Origin: a virus
Taxonomy: Duplodnaviria > Caudoviricetes
DNA length: 52,303 nt
Direction: 5' to 3' (one strand)
Virus record (IMG/VR): IMGVR_UViG_3300025669_000001
Span: 1-52,303 of that record
Each line of letters opens with the position of its first letter. Positions within the stretch are counted from its first letter, which is position 1. The notes beneath the pieces were generated by a model that worked only from the letters and a program-made list of their open reading frames with translations, did not search any database and was not told the DNA's origin. Shown piece after piece: positions 8,859 to 16,968 of the stretch. The position numbers and the translations under genes are program-made.

Positions 8859-9539
8859 ATGGCTGAAGTAAAATTGACTAAATATGTTGAGGGTTCAGAC
8901 GAGCAGATAGTTTTCTTAAAGAAGATTGAAAAGTTAAATTCTATCTTTGGCGGTGAACCCGATGAAAGATTTATTACAAATCTACAAAACCAGTTTAATT
9001 ATTTGCCTATCTCTCACTTGGAAACCCTGTTGGATGAATACTTTTTCGGTCACTGGTCAACTGTTAATTTTAAGTACCAACAGATAGCCAATGAGATTTG
9101 CGGTGATTTAGAATTAGTCGTAACGCATCCCATAACAGGGGAAACCCTAACGAGATCAGGCGCAGCAAGTGTTGTCATTATGCAAGACGCAAAGACAAAG
9201 CTGATAGATTTTGCTGAACACAAAAAACCGAATGCGCTTGTAATGGGGTTTCCTAAATTGAAAGCAGAGTGTATCAAAAATGCCATTTCAAGTTTGGGTA
9301 AAAAGTTCGGTAGGGATCTAAACAGAAAGATTGTTGATAACTATGCACCACTGTATAACCATGAACCAAAAGAAGAAATTGAAGTTATCCGAAAGAACAT
9401 CATTGACGAACTCGAAAATTATGCCGGTGAAGATAAGGAAATGATTAAAGAAATGTGCAGAGAGAAACATGAAGCCGGTGAATTCACAATGGTATTTGCA
9501 AAACAGATATGCCAGAAATTAAACTTGCCGGTATCGTAA
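8859..9539 (+). CDS. Single-strand annealing protein (Rad52/Sak-like)
   Basis: YLPISHLETLLDEYF..W and AECIKNAISSLGKKFGRDLNRK; adjacent to YqaJ exonuclease. Confidence 0.65.
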   Translation: MAEVKLTKYVEGSDEQIVFLKKIEKLNSIFGGEPDERFITNLQNQFNYLPISHLETLLDEYFFGHWSTVNFKYQQIANEICGDLELVVTHPITGETLTRSGAASVVIMQDAKTKLIDFAEHKKPNALVMGFPKLKAECIKNAISSLGKKFGRDLNRKIVDNYAPLYNHEPKEEIEVIRKNIIDELENYAGEDKEMIKEMCREKHEAGEFTMVFAKQICQKLNLPVS

Positions 9540-10144
9540 TGAGTGTTATAATACATGATGTTCAGCAGAACACAGACGAATGGCTAAAGTTGAGACTTGG
9601 AAAGTTTACGGGTTCACGGATTCCCAAATTGTTCATGGGCAAAAGCACAAAGGGTTACAATGAGTTAATAAACGAGATTGCCTATGAACGGTTAACCGGT
9701 AAAGTAATCGCTCACTTTTCAAACAAGTGGACAGACAGAGGGCATGAACTTGAAGCTTTAGCAATTGAAGAATATGAAAACAATACATTCAATAAGGTTA
9801 CAAGGGTTGGATTCGTTGAGTTAAATAAAGACGTAGGTGTTTCTCCTGACGGGCATATCGGAGAACACGGAATGATTCAGGTTAAGGCGTATGACTTTAC
9901 TCACATGTGCGAGTTTCATTTTTCCGGTAAGATTTCCAAGAATGAAGAGCTGCAATGTCAAGCCGAGATGTACGGATCTCAAAGACAGTGGAATATTTTA
10001 TACATCTATCATCCACAATTAAAGCCGTACCAATTTAAAATCCTGAGAAATAAAGAAACAATAACAGCGATCAAGCGAGAGATTGAACTTGCTAAAATCG
10101 AAGTTGTGAAACGTATGGAAGCATTGAAAGGTATTGTTAGGTGA
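9539..10144 (+). CDS. YqaJ/lambda-exonuclease-family nuclease
   Basis: QNTDEWLKLRLGKFTGS, RGHELE, GVSPDG..IQVK, QCQ motifs. Confidence 0.85.
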   Translation: MSVIIHDVQQNTDEWLKLRLGKFTGSRIPKLFMGKSTKGYNELINEIAYERLTGKVIAHFSNKWTDRGHELEALAIEEYENNTFNKVTRVGFVELNKDVGVSPDGHIGEHGMIQVKAYDFTHMCEFHFSGKISKNEELQCQAEMYGSQRQWNILYIYHPQLKPYQFKILRNKETITAIKREIELAKIEVVKRMEALKGIVR

Positions 10145-10292
10145 ATTCTATAATGTATATGAATTACGCTGAATTAACCACCTTAGAGCATTTAACGTCC
10201 CGATACAAGGGTTCACCGGTTATCGTTCATCTATTGGGTCAATACGGGTCAAATTTGCAATAAATTTAAATATAGTTCACATGTTTTAACGA

Positions 10293-10577
10293 TTGGGGAA
10301 TACAGTGGATTTTATAGACTACATTAAACGTGACATGCTAACAAGTCAAGATGTGAAGAGAATGCAGAGAACGGGAGCTTTGCCGTTGAATGGTGAGGCG
10401 CATTTCGGAACTATCAATCCAAGTTTTCTAAAGGGTAAACTGATCGACTTGTTAAATGAGTTTGATACTGTCCCGACCGCATCAATTGCCCGTGCTGTAA
10501 AAGTTGTTGCCGGTAGCGGAATGGATAAAGGCTATTTAATTTCATGGCGAATAAAGAATATTCAAGCAAAGAATTGA
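10293..10577 (+). CDS. Hypothetical protein (start uncertain)
   Basis: ORF in operon orientation. Confidence 0.45.
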   Translation: MGNTVDFIDYIKRDMLTSQDVKRMQRTGALPLNGEAHFGTINPSFLKGKLIDLLNEFDTVPTASIARAVKVVAGSGMDKGYLISWRIKNIQAKN

Positions 10578-10586
10578 GAGGCCAAG

Positions 10587-10904
10587 ATGGGTAAATTTCC
10601 TCAACACATAGACACATCATCAATCAAGATGAAATCAAATAAGATCGGTAAGATTGCAAAGATTGCAGTAATGTATGATCTTGAAAAGTACGGCTATGAC
10701 ATATTCATGGATTTCACAATTAATCGTTACGGTGATTTCATTGTAATGCCAGGTAAGTTAATTGTCCGTGTAAAATCTGCAAGGATGAAGGAAAACGGAA
10801 AGCCTTACTATTCCAGAATGTCTAATCACAATTATGACATACTCGCATTAGTTTTTTCAGATGGGATGATTATGTATAAGGAGAAAGCGGATGGTCGAAC
10901 TTAA
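10587..10904 (+). CDS. PD-(D/E)XK-like small nuclease, possibly degenerate
   Basis: IGKIAK..YG..DFIV..IVRVKS..YDILALV pattern. Confidence 0.5.
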   Translation: MGKFPQHIDTSSIKMKSNKIGKIAKIAVMYDLEKYGYDIFMDFTINRYGDFIVMPGKLIVRVKSARMKENGKPYYSRMSNHNYDILALVFSDGMIMYKEKADGRT

Positions 10905-11124
10905 TTACGATGATAATGGAATTGATATTGTCGAGAAGCTAAATAAAGCGTTGGTTGCATATGGCCTTGTATTTAACTTTGACGATGAAGAACATGATGG
11001 GTTCGAGGTTGTAACGCTTGATGAAATTGAAAAGCCGAAACACAAGTTCATCAAATTCCGAAACGATGACATATGCAAAGAATGCGGAAAGCATGTAACT
11101 GAAGATATTCACAGGATAGATTAA
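10891..11124 (+). CDS. Hypothetical protein with C-terminal CxxC/His motif
   Basis: HKF..CKECGKH..IH. Confidence 0.6.
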   Translation: MVELNYDDNGIDIVEKLNKALVAYGLVFNFDDEEHDGFEVVTLDEIEKPKHKFIKFRNDDICKECGKHVTEDIHRID

Positions 11125-11180
11125 CATAATATTTCGTTACCATCTGACACGTTGGTGACGGAGATATAGGAGGGAGTGAA

Positions 11181-11372
11181 ATGTATAGAGTGAAATACGG
11201 TGGACGAAATAAAACGTCAGTCCGTGAGATCGAAACACGCTCAACTGATTCACTTGAATATGACTCAGGAAGTATTGTTGATATAGTGAATGGTGGATGC
11301 GTGGTTATCTTGACTAACGATTTGATGCTGTTAGAAGATTGGATGGACGTTGACGATATTGAATTAATTTAA
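11181..11372 (+). CDS. Hypothetical protein
   Basis: AGGAGG RBS. Confidence 0.6.
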   Translation: MYRVKYGGRNKTSVREIETRSTDSLEYDSGSIVDIVNGGCVVILTNDLMLLEDWMDVDDIELI

Positions 11373-11482
11373 CCCCTTCACACCCACATGATGAAAGGAG
11401 AGAATGACCAGTTACGATAACACCTTCATTATCAGCCGATCATTCCCCGGTCTGATACATGATGAGGTTATGACAGGAGAGA

Positions 11483-11707
11483 ATGATGGATAGATTGCAA
11501 GAAATTGAAAATGGGTATAACGCATATAACGGAACTGCAAGTTCTCAAGAACATAAACACGGGTATGCAATCAGCCATTTTGAAGAGTTATTACAAGTTG
11601 CCTATAATCTGCAATGTGAACTGTACAGAGAAAAGTTATCCGTAATCACTCAGGATAAGCCGTATAAGCTAACCCTTGAAGATATTATTTTAAGCCGTGA
11701 TGATTAA
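11483..11707 (+). CDS. Hypothetical protein
   Basis: AGGAG RBS. Confidence 0.6.
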   Translation: MMDRLQEIENGYNAYNGTASSQEHKHGYAISHFEELLQVAYNLQCELYREKLSVITQDKPYKLTLEDIILSRDD

Positions 11708-11786
11708 CCATAAAGGACAACACCTTACCCATTAACCCCTACTATAAACGGTTAAGGGTCATTAATTACTTTTAAAGGAGAGGGAC

Positions 11787-12152
11787 ATGAACCAGACGGA
11801 ACGTATACTGGAAGCGATAAAAAAGGTTTTTGATGGTCAACAAATAAAGGGTATGCCGCACCCTGCGTCACTTGCCTTGAAATTTTACCGTACCGACATC
11901 GAAGCCGCCATATCCAAGATAGTGGGTGAGTGGGAAGAAATTACAGACCACAATGAATTACCGATAAATGAATTATTAATGTTAGGTCTGTATCTTCGCA
12001 GTGGTGATTTTGAAACATGGATTGTCTCGATTGATGAAGCGTTTAACGTAAAAGACCAGTTTGACGATTATGTTTCTGAATGGAATGTTGACGATTTTAC
12101 CTATTACAAACCATTACCACAATTACCAGAGAGGAAGGATAAAAGACAGTGA
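11787..12152 (+). CDS. Hypothetical protein (DUF551-like C-terminus)
   Basis: W..I...LP.. and TYYKPLPQLP patterns. Confidence 0.6.
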   Translation: MNQTERILEAIKKVFDGQQIKGMPHPASLALKFYRTDIEAAISKIVGEWEEITDHNELPINELLMLGLYLRSGDFETWIVSIDEAFNVKDQFDDYVSEWNVDDFTYYKPLPQLPERKDKRQ

Positions 12153-12346
12153 ACGTAATTTTTAATTTAAGACCAATACGAAGAGGTTGTTGTGGGGTCT
12201 GCAAGTATGGATTTTACAGTGACGCAATGTTTTGTTGTCGTAGAATAATCGGAAATGCTGATGGTGGTGCATTATTCACAGTCGGAGATTTTAAAGAGTA
12301 TGAATATATTTGTGGTGGATTTAAATTTTATCGGAGTAGACAATGA
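12149..12346 (+). CDS. Small Cys-rich protein
   Basis: CCGVCKY..CC..C; overlapping start/stop. Confidence 0.55.
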   Translation: MNVIFNLRPIRRGCCGVCKYGFYSDAMFCCRRIIGNADGGALFTVGDFKEYEYICGGFKFYRSRQ

Positions 12347-12597
12347 AAGGTAAAGAGTTAAAGCCGTGCAGTGATTGTAATCATTTACCCGTATGTAGTG
12401 AAGGTTTAAAAACAGCATTGGAAGTTATTGGGGATATTTACCCACACTATGAGCCCGAAGAAACCCGTACAGAATCCCTCCTTAAACAGATAAGGGAATA
12501 CATCGAAGCTGAGAAAGATTGGAATTTCCATGTAAATGAATATGTTAAGGTTAAGGGGTTATTGGCAAAACTTGACACATTAGAGACAGAGGAATAA
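12343..12597 (+). CDS. Hypothetical protein
   Basis: ELKPCSDC N-terminus; GGAG RBS. Confidence 0.6.
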   Translation: MKGKELKPCSDCNHLPVCSEGLKTALEVIGDIYPHYEPEETRTESLLKQIREYIEAEKDWNFHVNEYVKVKGLLAKLDTLETEE

Positions 12598-12600
12598 CCA

Positions 12601-12816
12601 TTGCATGCTACCGGCAAACAAAGCAACCAACACACAGGTAAACCGTTCAAGGTGAAGTTCAAACGTTGTCCCGGCAGGGCGCAAAAGAAATTCAGAGTGT
12701 ACTATTGGGTGCGCAACCAAAAGATTGCAAAGTTCAGTGGTTCAGGTGGCTGGCAGTTCCAAGGTGAGCGGTACATGCCAGAAGAGAAGCAAGACAGTTT
12801 TATTTTTACAATTTAA
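12601..12816 (+). CDS. Small basic hypothetical protein
   Basis: TTG start after GAGGA; fills gap. Confidence 0.45.
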   Translation: MHATGKQSNQHTGKPFKVKFKRCPGRAQKKFRVYYWVRNQKIAKFSGSGGWQFQGERYMPEEKQDSFIFTI

Positions 12817-12826
12817 AGGGGATGCC

Positions 12827-13183
12827 ATGAGAAGAGTATACGTAGCAGGGCCGTACAGTGCAGATAATGTGCTTGATGTTTTAAAGAATATTGGCAGAGG
12901 TGAGCACTATTGTGCTGAACTGTTCATGGATGGGTTTGCTCCGTTCTGCCCGTGGCACGACAAGAGCTATGTCACCGACAATTTTGAAAGAGAATTTACC
13001 GTTAAACAGTTTTATGATTTCAGCATGGCATGGCTTGAAGTTTCAGATGCAGTGTACTTACTCAAGGGTTGGGAAAAATCCAAGGGGACGTTACTTGAGA
13101 TTAAAAGAGCAAAAGAACTGAATATCCCCGTATTTGCCAACTACCATGATTTACTAAAATGGCGAGATAGTGAAACAGACTGA
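12827..13183 (+). CDS. Nucleoside 2-deoxyribosyltransferase-like protein (DUF1937/DUF4406 type)
   Basis: RVYVAGPYS..PFCPW..WLEVSDAVYLLKGWEKSKGTLLEIKRAKELNIPVF. Confidence 0.75.
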   Translation: MRRVYVAGPYSADNVLDVLKNIGRGEHYCAELFMDGFAPFCPWHDKSYVTDNFEREFTVKQFYDFSMAWLEVSDAVYLLKGWEKSKGTLLEIKRAKELNIPVFANYHDLLKWRDSETD

Positions 13184-13454
13184 TAAATTTAAACCGTACC
13201 TGAAACCTAATCGCAGAATTGAAGAGCTGAGAAGGGAACAGGGTCTTTGCTTTAGGTGTGGTGCTGAGAAAAGAAATGACAGATCAAGGTGTAACAAGTG
13301 TCTCAATGATGATAAAGTGGATCATCTCAAAAGAGTACAGAAAAGAAAGGTATCGGGATTATGTACAGTATGCGGAAAACCGCTAACTGAAATTGATAAA
13401 GGTTTTAAGAATCACAACAGAAATGATTGCGCACCTTCAAGGAGGTCAAGCTAA
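13170..13454 (+). CDS. Zn-finger protein
   Basis: GLCFRCG..RCNKC..GLCTVCG. Confidence 0.7.
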   Translation: MKQTDKFKPYLKPNRRIEELRREQGLCFRCGAEKRNDRSRCNKCLNDDKVDHLKRVQKRKVSGLCTVCGKPLTEIDKGFKNHNRNDCAPSRRSS

Positions 13455-14296
13455 TGGAATTACTAACTTCAGAAATACCCTTAAATTGCGACATAGCCTT
13501 ACATGGTGATACTCATGTGGGTGCTAGCATGTACCATCATGCAGGAGTTAACAAGCTTAAAAAGTGGCTGCTTGCTAAAAAGGATAGTAGGTTTTTCGTA
13601 CATATGGGTGATGCTATTGAAGCAATCACAGTTGATGATAAGCGTTTTGACTTTGCATCAACTGAAGAACCCGTTCCATTAAACCAGGTTAAGAAAGTTG
13701 TTGAGATTTACAAGCCCGTAGCTGGTCAATGTCTGGCATGGTTAAAGGGTAACCACGAGGACACGCTTAAAAAGTTTGGTGACCTATCGGAACTTATGGC
13801 TGAGAATCTAAATGTACCATATGGGACATGGACTTGTAAATTGAAACTGACCAATAACAAAAAGCAGATTTGTAAACTGTTCCTTTCTCACGGATTCCGT
13901 GGGCGCATAGTTTCAAACGCAAAAGACCATGAACAACAGCAAGCCAATATGAAAGCAAGTCTTAAACGTAAGCTCGAAAAGAAAGCCGCTGATTGTCTTG
14001 TCTTGGGAATGGGGCATACTCACCTTTTACTCGTATGTAATCCGGCTGAAAAACTTATCATGCTTGACGATGGTGAAAACATTGTTCAGCAATACTTAGG
14101 AGCCGGTGATGGTACTGCATCTTATATTGAACCAGACCGCAGATGGTATTTGAATACAGGTTCATTCTTAAAGCTTTATCAAGTTGGAATTGACGGTTAC
14201 GCAGAACGTGCAGGTTATGATCCCGTTGAATTAGGTTATGTAATAATTCGTATTCGTGATGGGAAAGTTGAAGGGGTTGAGAAAGTTGTACTTTAA
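13454..14296 (+). CDS. Calcineurin-like metallophosphoesterase
   Basis: GDTHVG, MGDAIE, GNHE, SHG, GHTH, NTGSF motifs. Confidence 0.85.
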   Translation: MELLTSEIPLNCDIALHGDTHVGASMYHHAGVNKLKKWLLAKKDSRFFVHMGDAIEAITVDDKRFDFASTEEPVPLNQVKKVVEIYKPVAGQCLAWLKGNHEDTLKKFGDLSELMAENLNVPYGTWTCKLKLTNNKKQICKLFLSHGFRGRIVSNAKDHEQQQANMKASLKRKLEKKAADCLVLGMGHTHLLLVCNPAEKLIMLDDGENIVQQYLGAGDGTASYIEPDRRWYLNTGSFLKLYQVGIDGYAERAGYDPVELGYVIIRIRDGKVEGVEKVVL

Positions 14297-14308
14297 CAGC
14301 GAGGTAAC

Positions 14309-14683
14309 ATGAATCGTAATTACTATTTAATGAATTTATGGCGTTGGAAATGCGGCTTGCCTGAAAAAGGAAAAGAGCAGGCAGAAAAGATGCGCTATGA
14401 AGATGTGAAGAAATCTGAATGGTCTGACGAGTTTGAGCAATTGATGCGCAATAGATTGGCGGTCGGTGCTTATCGTTATGGCCTCATTGGTGCGCCTAAT
14501 AAACCAAAGTTTAATCACGTTAAGTCAATGATTAAAAGGTTGCAGGAATTTGACAGGACCGGTAACAAAGAGTTTTTAGTTGATGTGGCAAATCTATGTT
14601 TAGTGGAGTTTGCTGAATGTCACCACCCCAATGAACATTTTAATAGTATTGACGATGGTGAACATGTACAAGAAACACCATAA
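14309..14683 (+). CDS. Hypothetical protein, possibly all-alpha NTP-pyrophosphohydrolase-like
   Basis: RLAVGAYRYG..GNKEFLVDVANLC pattern. Confidence 0.45.
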   Translation: MNRNYYLMNLWRWKCGLPEKGKEQAEKMRYEDVKKSEWSDEFEQLMRNRLAVGAYRYGLIGAPNKPKFNHVKSMIKRLQEFDRTGNKEFLVDVANLCLVEFAECHHPNEHFNSIDDGEHVQETP

Positions 14684-14736
14684 TTTGTACATGACATGTG
14701 CAACGTGTACATAAAACGGTAAAATTTGTACATGAC
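14661..14736. repeat. Two 35-bp direct repeats at 41-bp period, containing four TGTACA palindromes
   Basis: AACATGTACAAGAAACACCATAATTTGTACATGAC / AACGTGTACATAAAACGGTAAAATTTGTACATGAC. Confidence 0.8.
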
Positions 14737-14935
14737 GTTAGCGATCCTTTGCAAATACTACCGAAATTCGTTAGATTCTGCAAACAATAACTAATGATTG
14801 TAAACTGAATAACAATAGAAATGCCCTAACGCCTCTCAATGAAGCGCACCACTAGACCTGAATGCTTACAGGTATCGTCCAGTTCGCAACTGGAAATGGG
14901 GAATAAGGTGTACAGCCATTTTATTAAACTTTTGC

Positions 14936-14964
14936 TTGACATTGATAATAAATATAGTTAACGT
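14936..14964 (+). promoter_or_regulatory. Sigma70-type promoter
   Basis: TTGACA-17-TAACGT directly upstream of structured leader 1. Confidence 0.65.
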
Positions 14965-14970
14965 ATAGGT

Positions 14971-15079
14971 GTACGGCAGACAGGAGTTTAATTTGAATAA
15001 TCATTGGTCACTCGGAACACTTTACTTTCTCCTTCTATGCCTGCCGTATGGATTCTGAAATTGTTTCGGGTGACCTTTT
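14971..15079 (+). ncRNA. Structured leader RNA copy 1 (A-B-A'-B' pseudoknot/attenuator)
   Basis: GTACGGCAG/CTGCCGTAT; AGGAG/CTCCT; GGTCACTCGGAACA/TGTTTCGGGTGACC followed by TTTT. Confidence 0.65.
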
Positions 15080-15097
15080 AAATATGAGGAATTTTCC

Positions 15098-15280
15098 ATG
15101 ACTAAAGAATAACTTGGACGTGACTATGATAAAGTTAAGGCTGATACCTTCGCTGATACCTTCAAGAAAGGCTTTGTGTGCTATGACAAAGATGGTGAGA
15201 CTTGTAGCTTTTTTGATTGCGAATGTCCAGAACCAGCATCAGAAATTTGCCATACTGACGGAATAGACACCTTGAAATAA
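15098..15280 (+). pseudogene. Small gene with in-frame TAA at codon 5
   Basis: GAGGA RBS; MTKE* (TAA 15110-15112) then 55 further open codons in the same frame. Confidence 0.5.
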
Positions 15281-15460
15281 TAACGGACATAGGCACTTTA
15301 ATGGTTCCTAGTTTCATAGAAAGTAACGAGGGTGCATACGGGCGCATTTTGGATGATAGGGAAGCGTTATTAATTATTAAACGATTAACCGAAAATTTGG
15401 GAAGTGCATAGATACGCCAGTAATCCTATTTTCTGGCAAACATTTGAACGGAGGTGAAGC

Positions 15461-15637
15461 GTGCGTAAATGTAAACACCCAATAGAAAAGAGTACGCTTA
15501 AAAACAGTTTCTACATCCCAGAAAGAAGATGTGTTACCGATCCTTACAATTATCAATACATGGTAAACACTAGGCTATGTGGAAAGTGTGGAAAGTATTT
15601 CATTGATGAAGGTTTTGAATTTATAGAAAGGGGTTGA
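15461..15637 (+). CDS. Small Zn-ribbon-like protein (not in ORF track)
   Basis: GGAGGT RBS, GTG start; CKH..RC..LCGKCG. Confidence 0.65.
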   Translation: MRKCKHPIEKSTLKNSFYIPERRCVTDPYNYQYMVNTRLCGKCGKYFIDEGFEFIERG

Positions 15638-15639
15638 CT

Positions 15640-15852
15640 ATGAGAACATTTGAAAAGTTTCCTGAAGATAAGATATGTCCAGTATGCAAAACAAACGATG
15701 ACAAAGAGTGTGTGCTAATTCCAATTGACGGAACGGATGAAGGTAATAATTGTGAAGCTGAAATTTTTCATGTCGAGTGCTTGGATTTAAATAAGTTCCG
15801 GTTTAAAAAAGAATTTGACTTTGTTTATTTGAAATTTTACATGGAGTATATA
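15640..15852 (+). CDS. Small Cys/His protein reading without stop into the downstream lipoprotein
   Basis: CPVCKT..ECVLIPIDGT..FHVECL; same frame as 15853. Confidence 0.5.
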
Positions 15853-16227
15853 GTGAAAAAGCACATCCTAACATTAATAACCATAGCATTAATTGCAACA
15901 TCATGTTCACTACCTACCGATCCAAAACCTAAGCTTGCTAACATGTACGGTGAAGTCTGTACTGGCCTTATGCAAACTATCAAGTACAGTGGCAGAGTCG
16001 AGTTGCAATACAACGGGGAGATAAGTTCATCCACTTTGCACAATCTCCACTTTGACGGCCCGTATTGCTTATATGATTTCACCTTTGAGAATATAGAGAT
16101 AGCCGGAAGCAAACAAGCTACATTTATCGTCAAGCTTATGAATGGGTTCGGGGCTGAGACTGTTTACGGTGACACTACTTTTGTTTTGAGAAAAGGTGAT
16201 AGCAGCTTTAGGTTGAATATTTTTTAG
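15853..16227 (+). CDS. Putative lipoprotein
   Basis: GGAG at 15843 and GTG 15853; MKKHILTLITIALIATS|C lipobox. Confidence 0.65.
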   Translation: MKKHILTLITIALIATSCSLPTDPKPKLANMYGEVCTGLMQTIKYSGRVELQYNGEISSSTLHNLHFDGPYCLYDFTFENIEIAGSKQATFIVKLMNGFGAETVYGDTTFVLRKGDSSFRLNIF

Positions 16228-16228
16228 C

Positions 16229-16257
16229 TTGACATTGACGGTAAAAAGCCGTAACTT
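16229..16257 (+). promoter_or_regulatory. Sigma70-type promoter of the replication operon
   Basis: TTGACA-17-TAACTT upstream of structured leader 2. Confidence 0.65.
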
Positions 16258-16270
16258 TAATTTAACATTG

Positions 16271-16386
16271 GTACGGCTACCAAGGAGAAGTAACTTCATG
16301 ATTAAATTTAATCCCCATTCAATGAGCGCACACGCTTCTCCATATAGCCGTATGGTTTTCTCGTGCCTTATTGGGTGGGGGTTTTT
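16271..16386 (+). ncRNA. Structured leader RNA copy 2 (A-B-A'-B' pseudoknot/attenuator)
   Basis: GTACGGCTA/TAGCCGTAT; GGAGAAG/CTTCTCC; ~20-bp stem ATCCCCATTCAATGAGCGCAC/GTGCCTTATTGGGTGGGGGT followed by a T tract. Confidence 0.7.
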
Positions 16387-16404
16387 GTATTATGAGGTGT
16401 TAGT

Positions 16405-16968
16405 ATGGATATGATTGAATATTTAAAAGGTGTTGATAGTTTTGAGGGGTTCAAGTTTAATATTTCAGATACGGCAATGTTGCCAGTAGTTATTGAATTT
16501 TTCATGAAAGAGTCCAGGGGCAACAATCTATTAAATATTTTCCTTGAAATTTATAAGATAAAAGAAAGAATGATTAAAGACCCAGAGTGTAAAAACATGG
16601 TAATTGGGGGTGACGTGAGGATCGTAAATATAGCCGTCAATAACCTATCTATTCGGCAACAGGGAATTATAAAGCGACTATTGTCTCACGGTGTGTATTC
16701 ATTGCGTGGATATATTCTAGAGTGCATAGAAAATTATCGCGCCGACACTTCATATATCCATAGAAGAAAAACTGCAAATTCTGAACTAGCAAATCAAACA
16801 TTGAGAAGAGAAGTTTTCAAAAGGTTTAGTTATGAGTGTGCTATCTGTCAGTCAAGGCATAATCTAGCAATAGATCACATTGTATCGGTTAAGGGTGGCG
16901 GTTCTAATGATATTGAAAACCTACAAGTGTTGTGTAAGTCTTGTAATTCATCCAAGGGCGCAAAATGA
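16405..16968 (+). CDS. HNH endonuclease
   Basis: C-terminal CAIC..LAIDHIVSVKGGGSNDIENLQVLCKSCNSSKG. Confidence 0.9.
   Translation: MDMIEYLKGVDSFEGFKFNISDTAMLPVVIEFFMKESRGNNLLNIFLEIYKIKERMIKDPECKNMVIGGDVRIVNIAVNNLSIRQQGIIKRLLSHGVYSLRGYILECIENYRADTSYIHRRKTANSELANQTLRREVFKRFSYECAICQSRHNLAIDHIVSVKGGGSNDIENLQVLCKSCNSSKGAK

Noticed and set aside
14661-14736. Mini CRISPR array
   Set aside because: Only two imperfect units separated by 6 bp; no spacer-length unique sequence and no cas genes
15110-15112. Stop-codon reassignment
   Set aside because: Single case; long genes are intact in code 11 and TAA, TAG and TGA all terminate genes
16229-16297. Track ORF starts at 16229 and 6465
   Set aside because: The TTG is the -35 box of a promoter, with no RBS
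14971-16386. HDV-like (theta) ribozyme reading of the leader RNAs
   Set aside because: The G-U-opened GTACGGC/GCCGTAT helix followed by GG is suggestive, but no P3/L3 or J4/2 catalytic C could be placed and the helix extends beyond 7 bp; a cleavage assay would settle it
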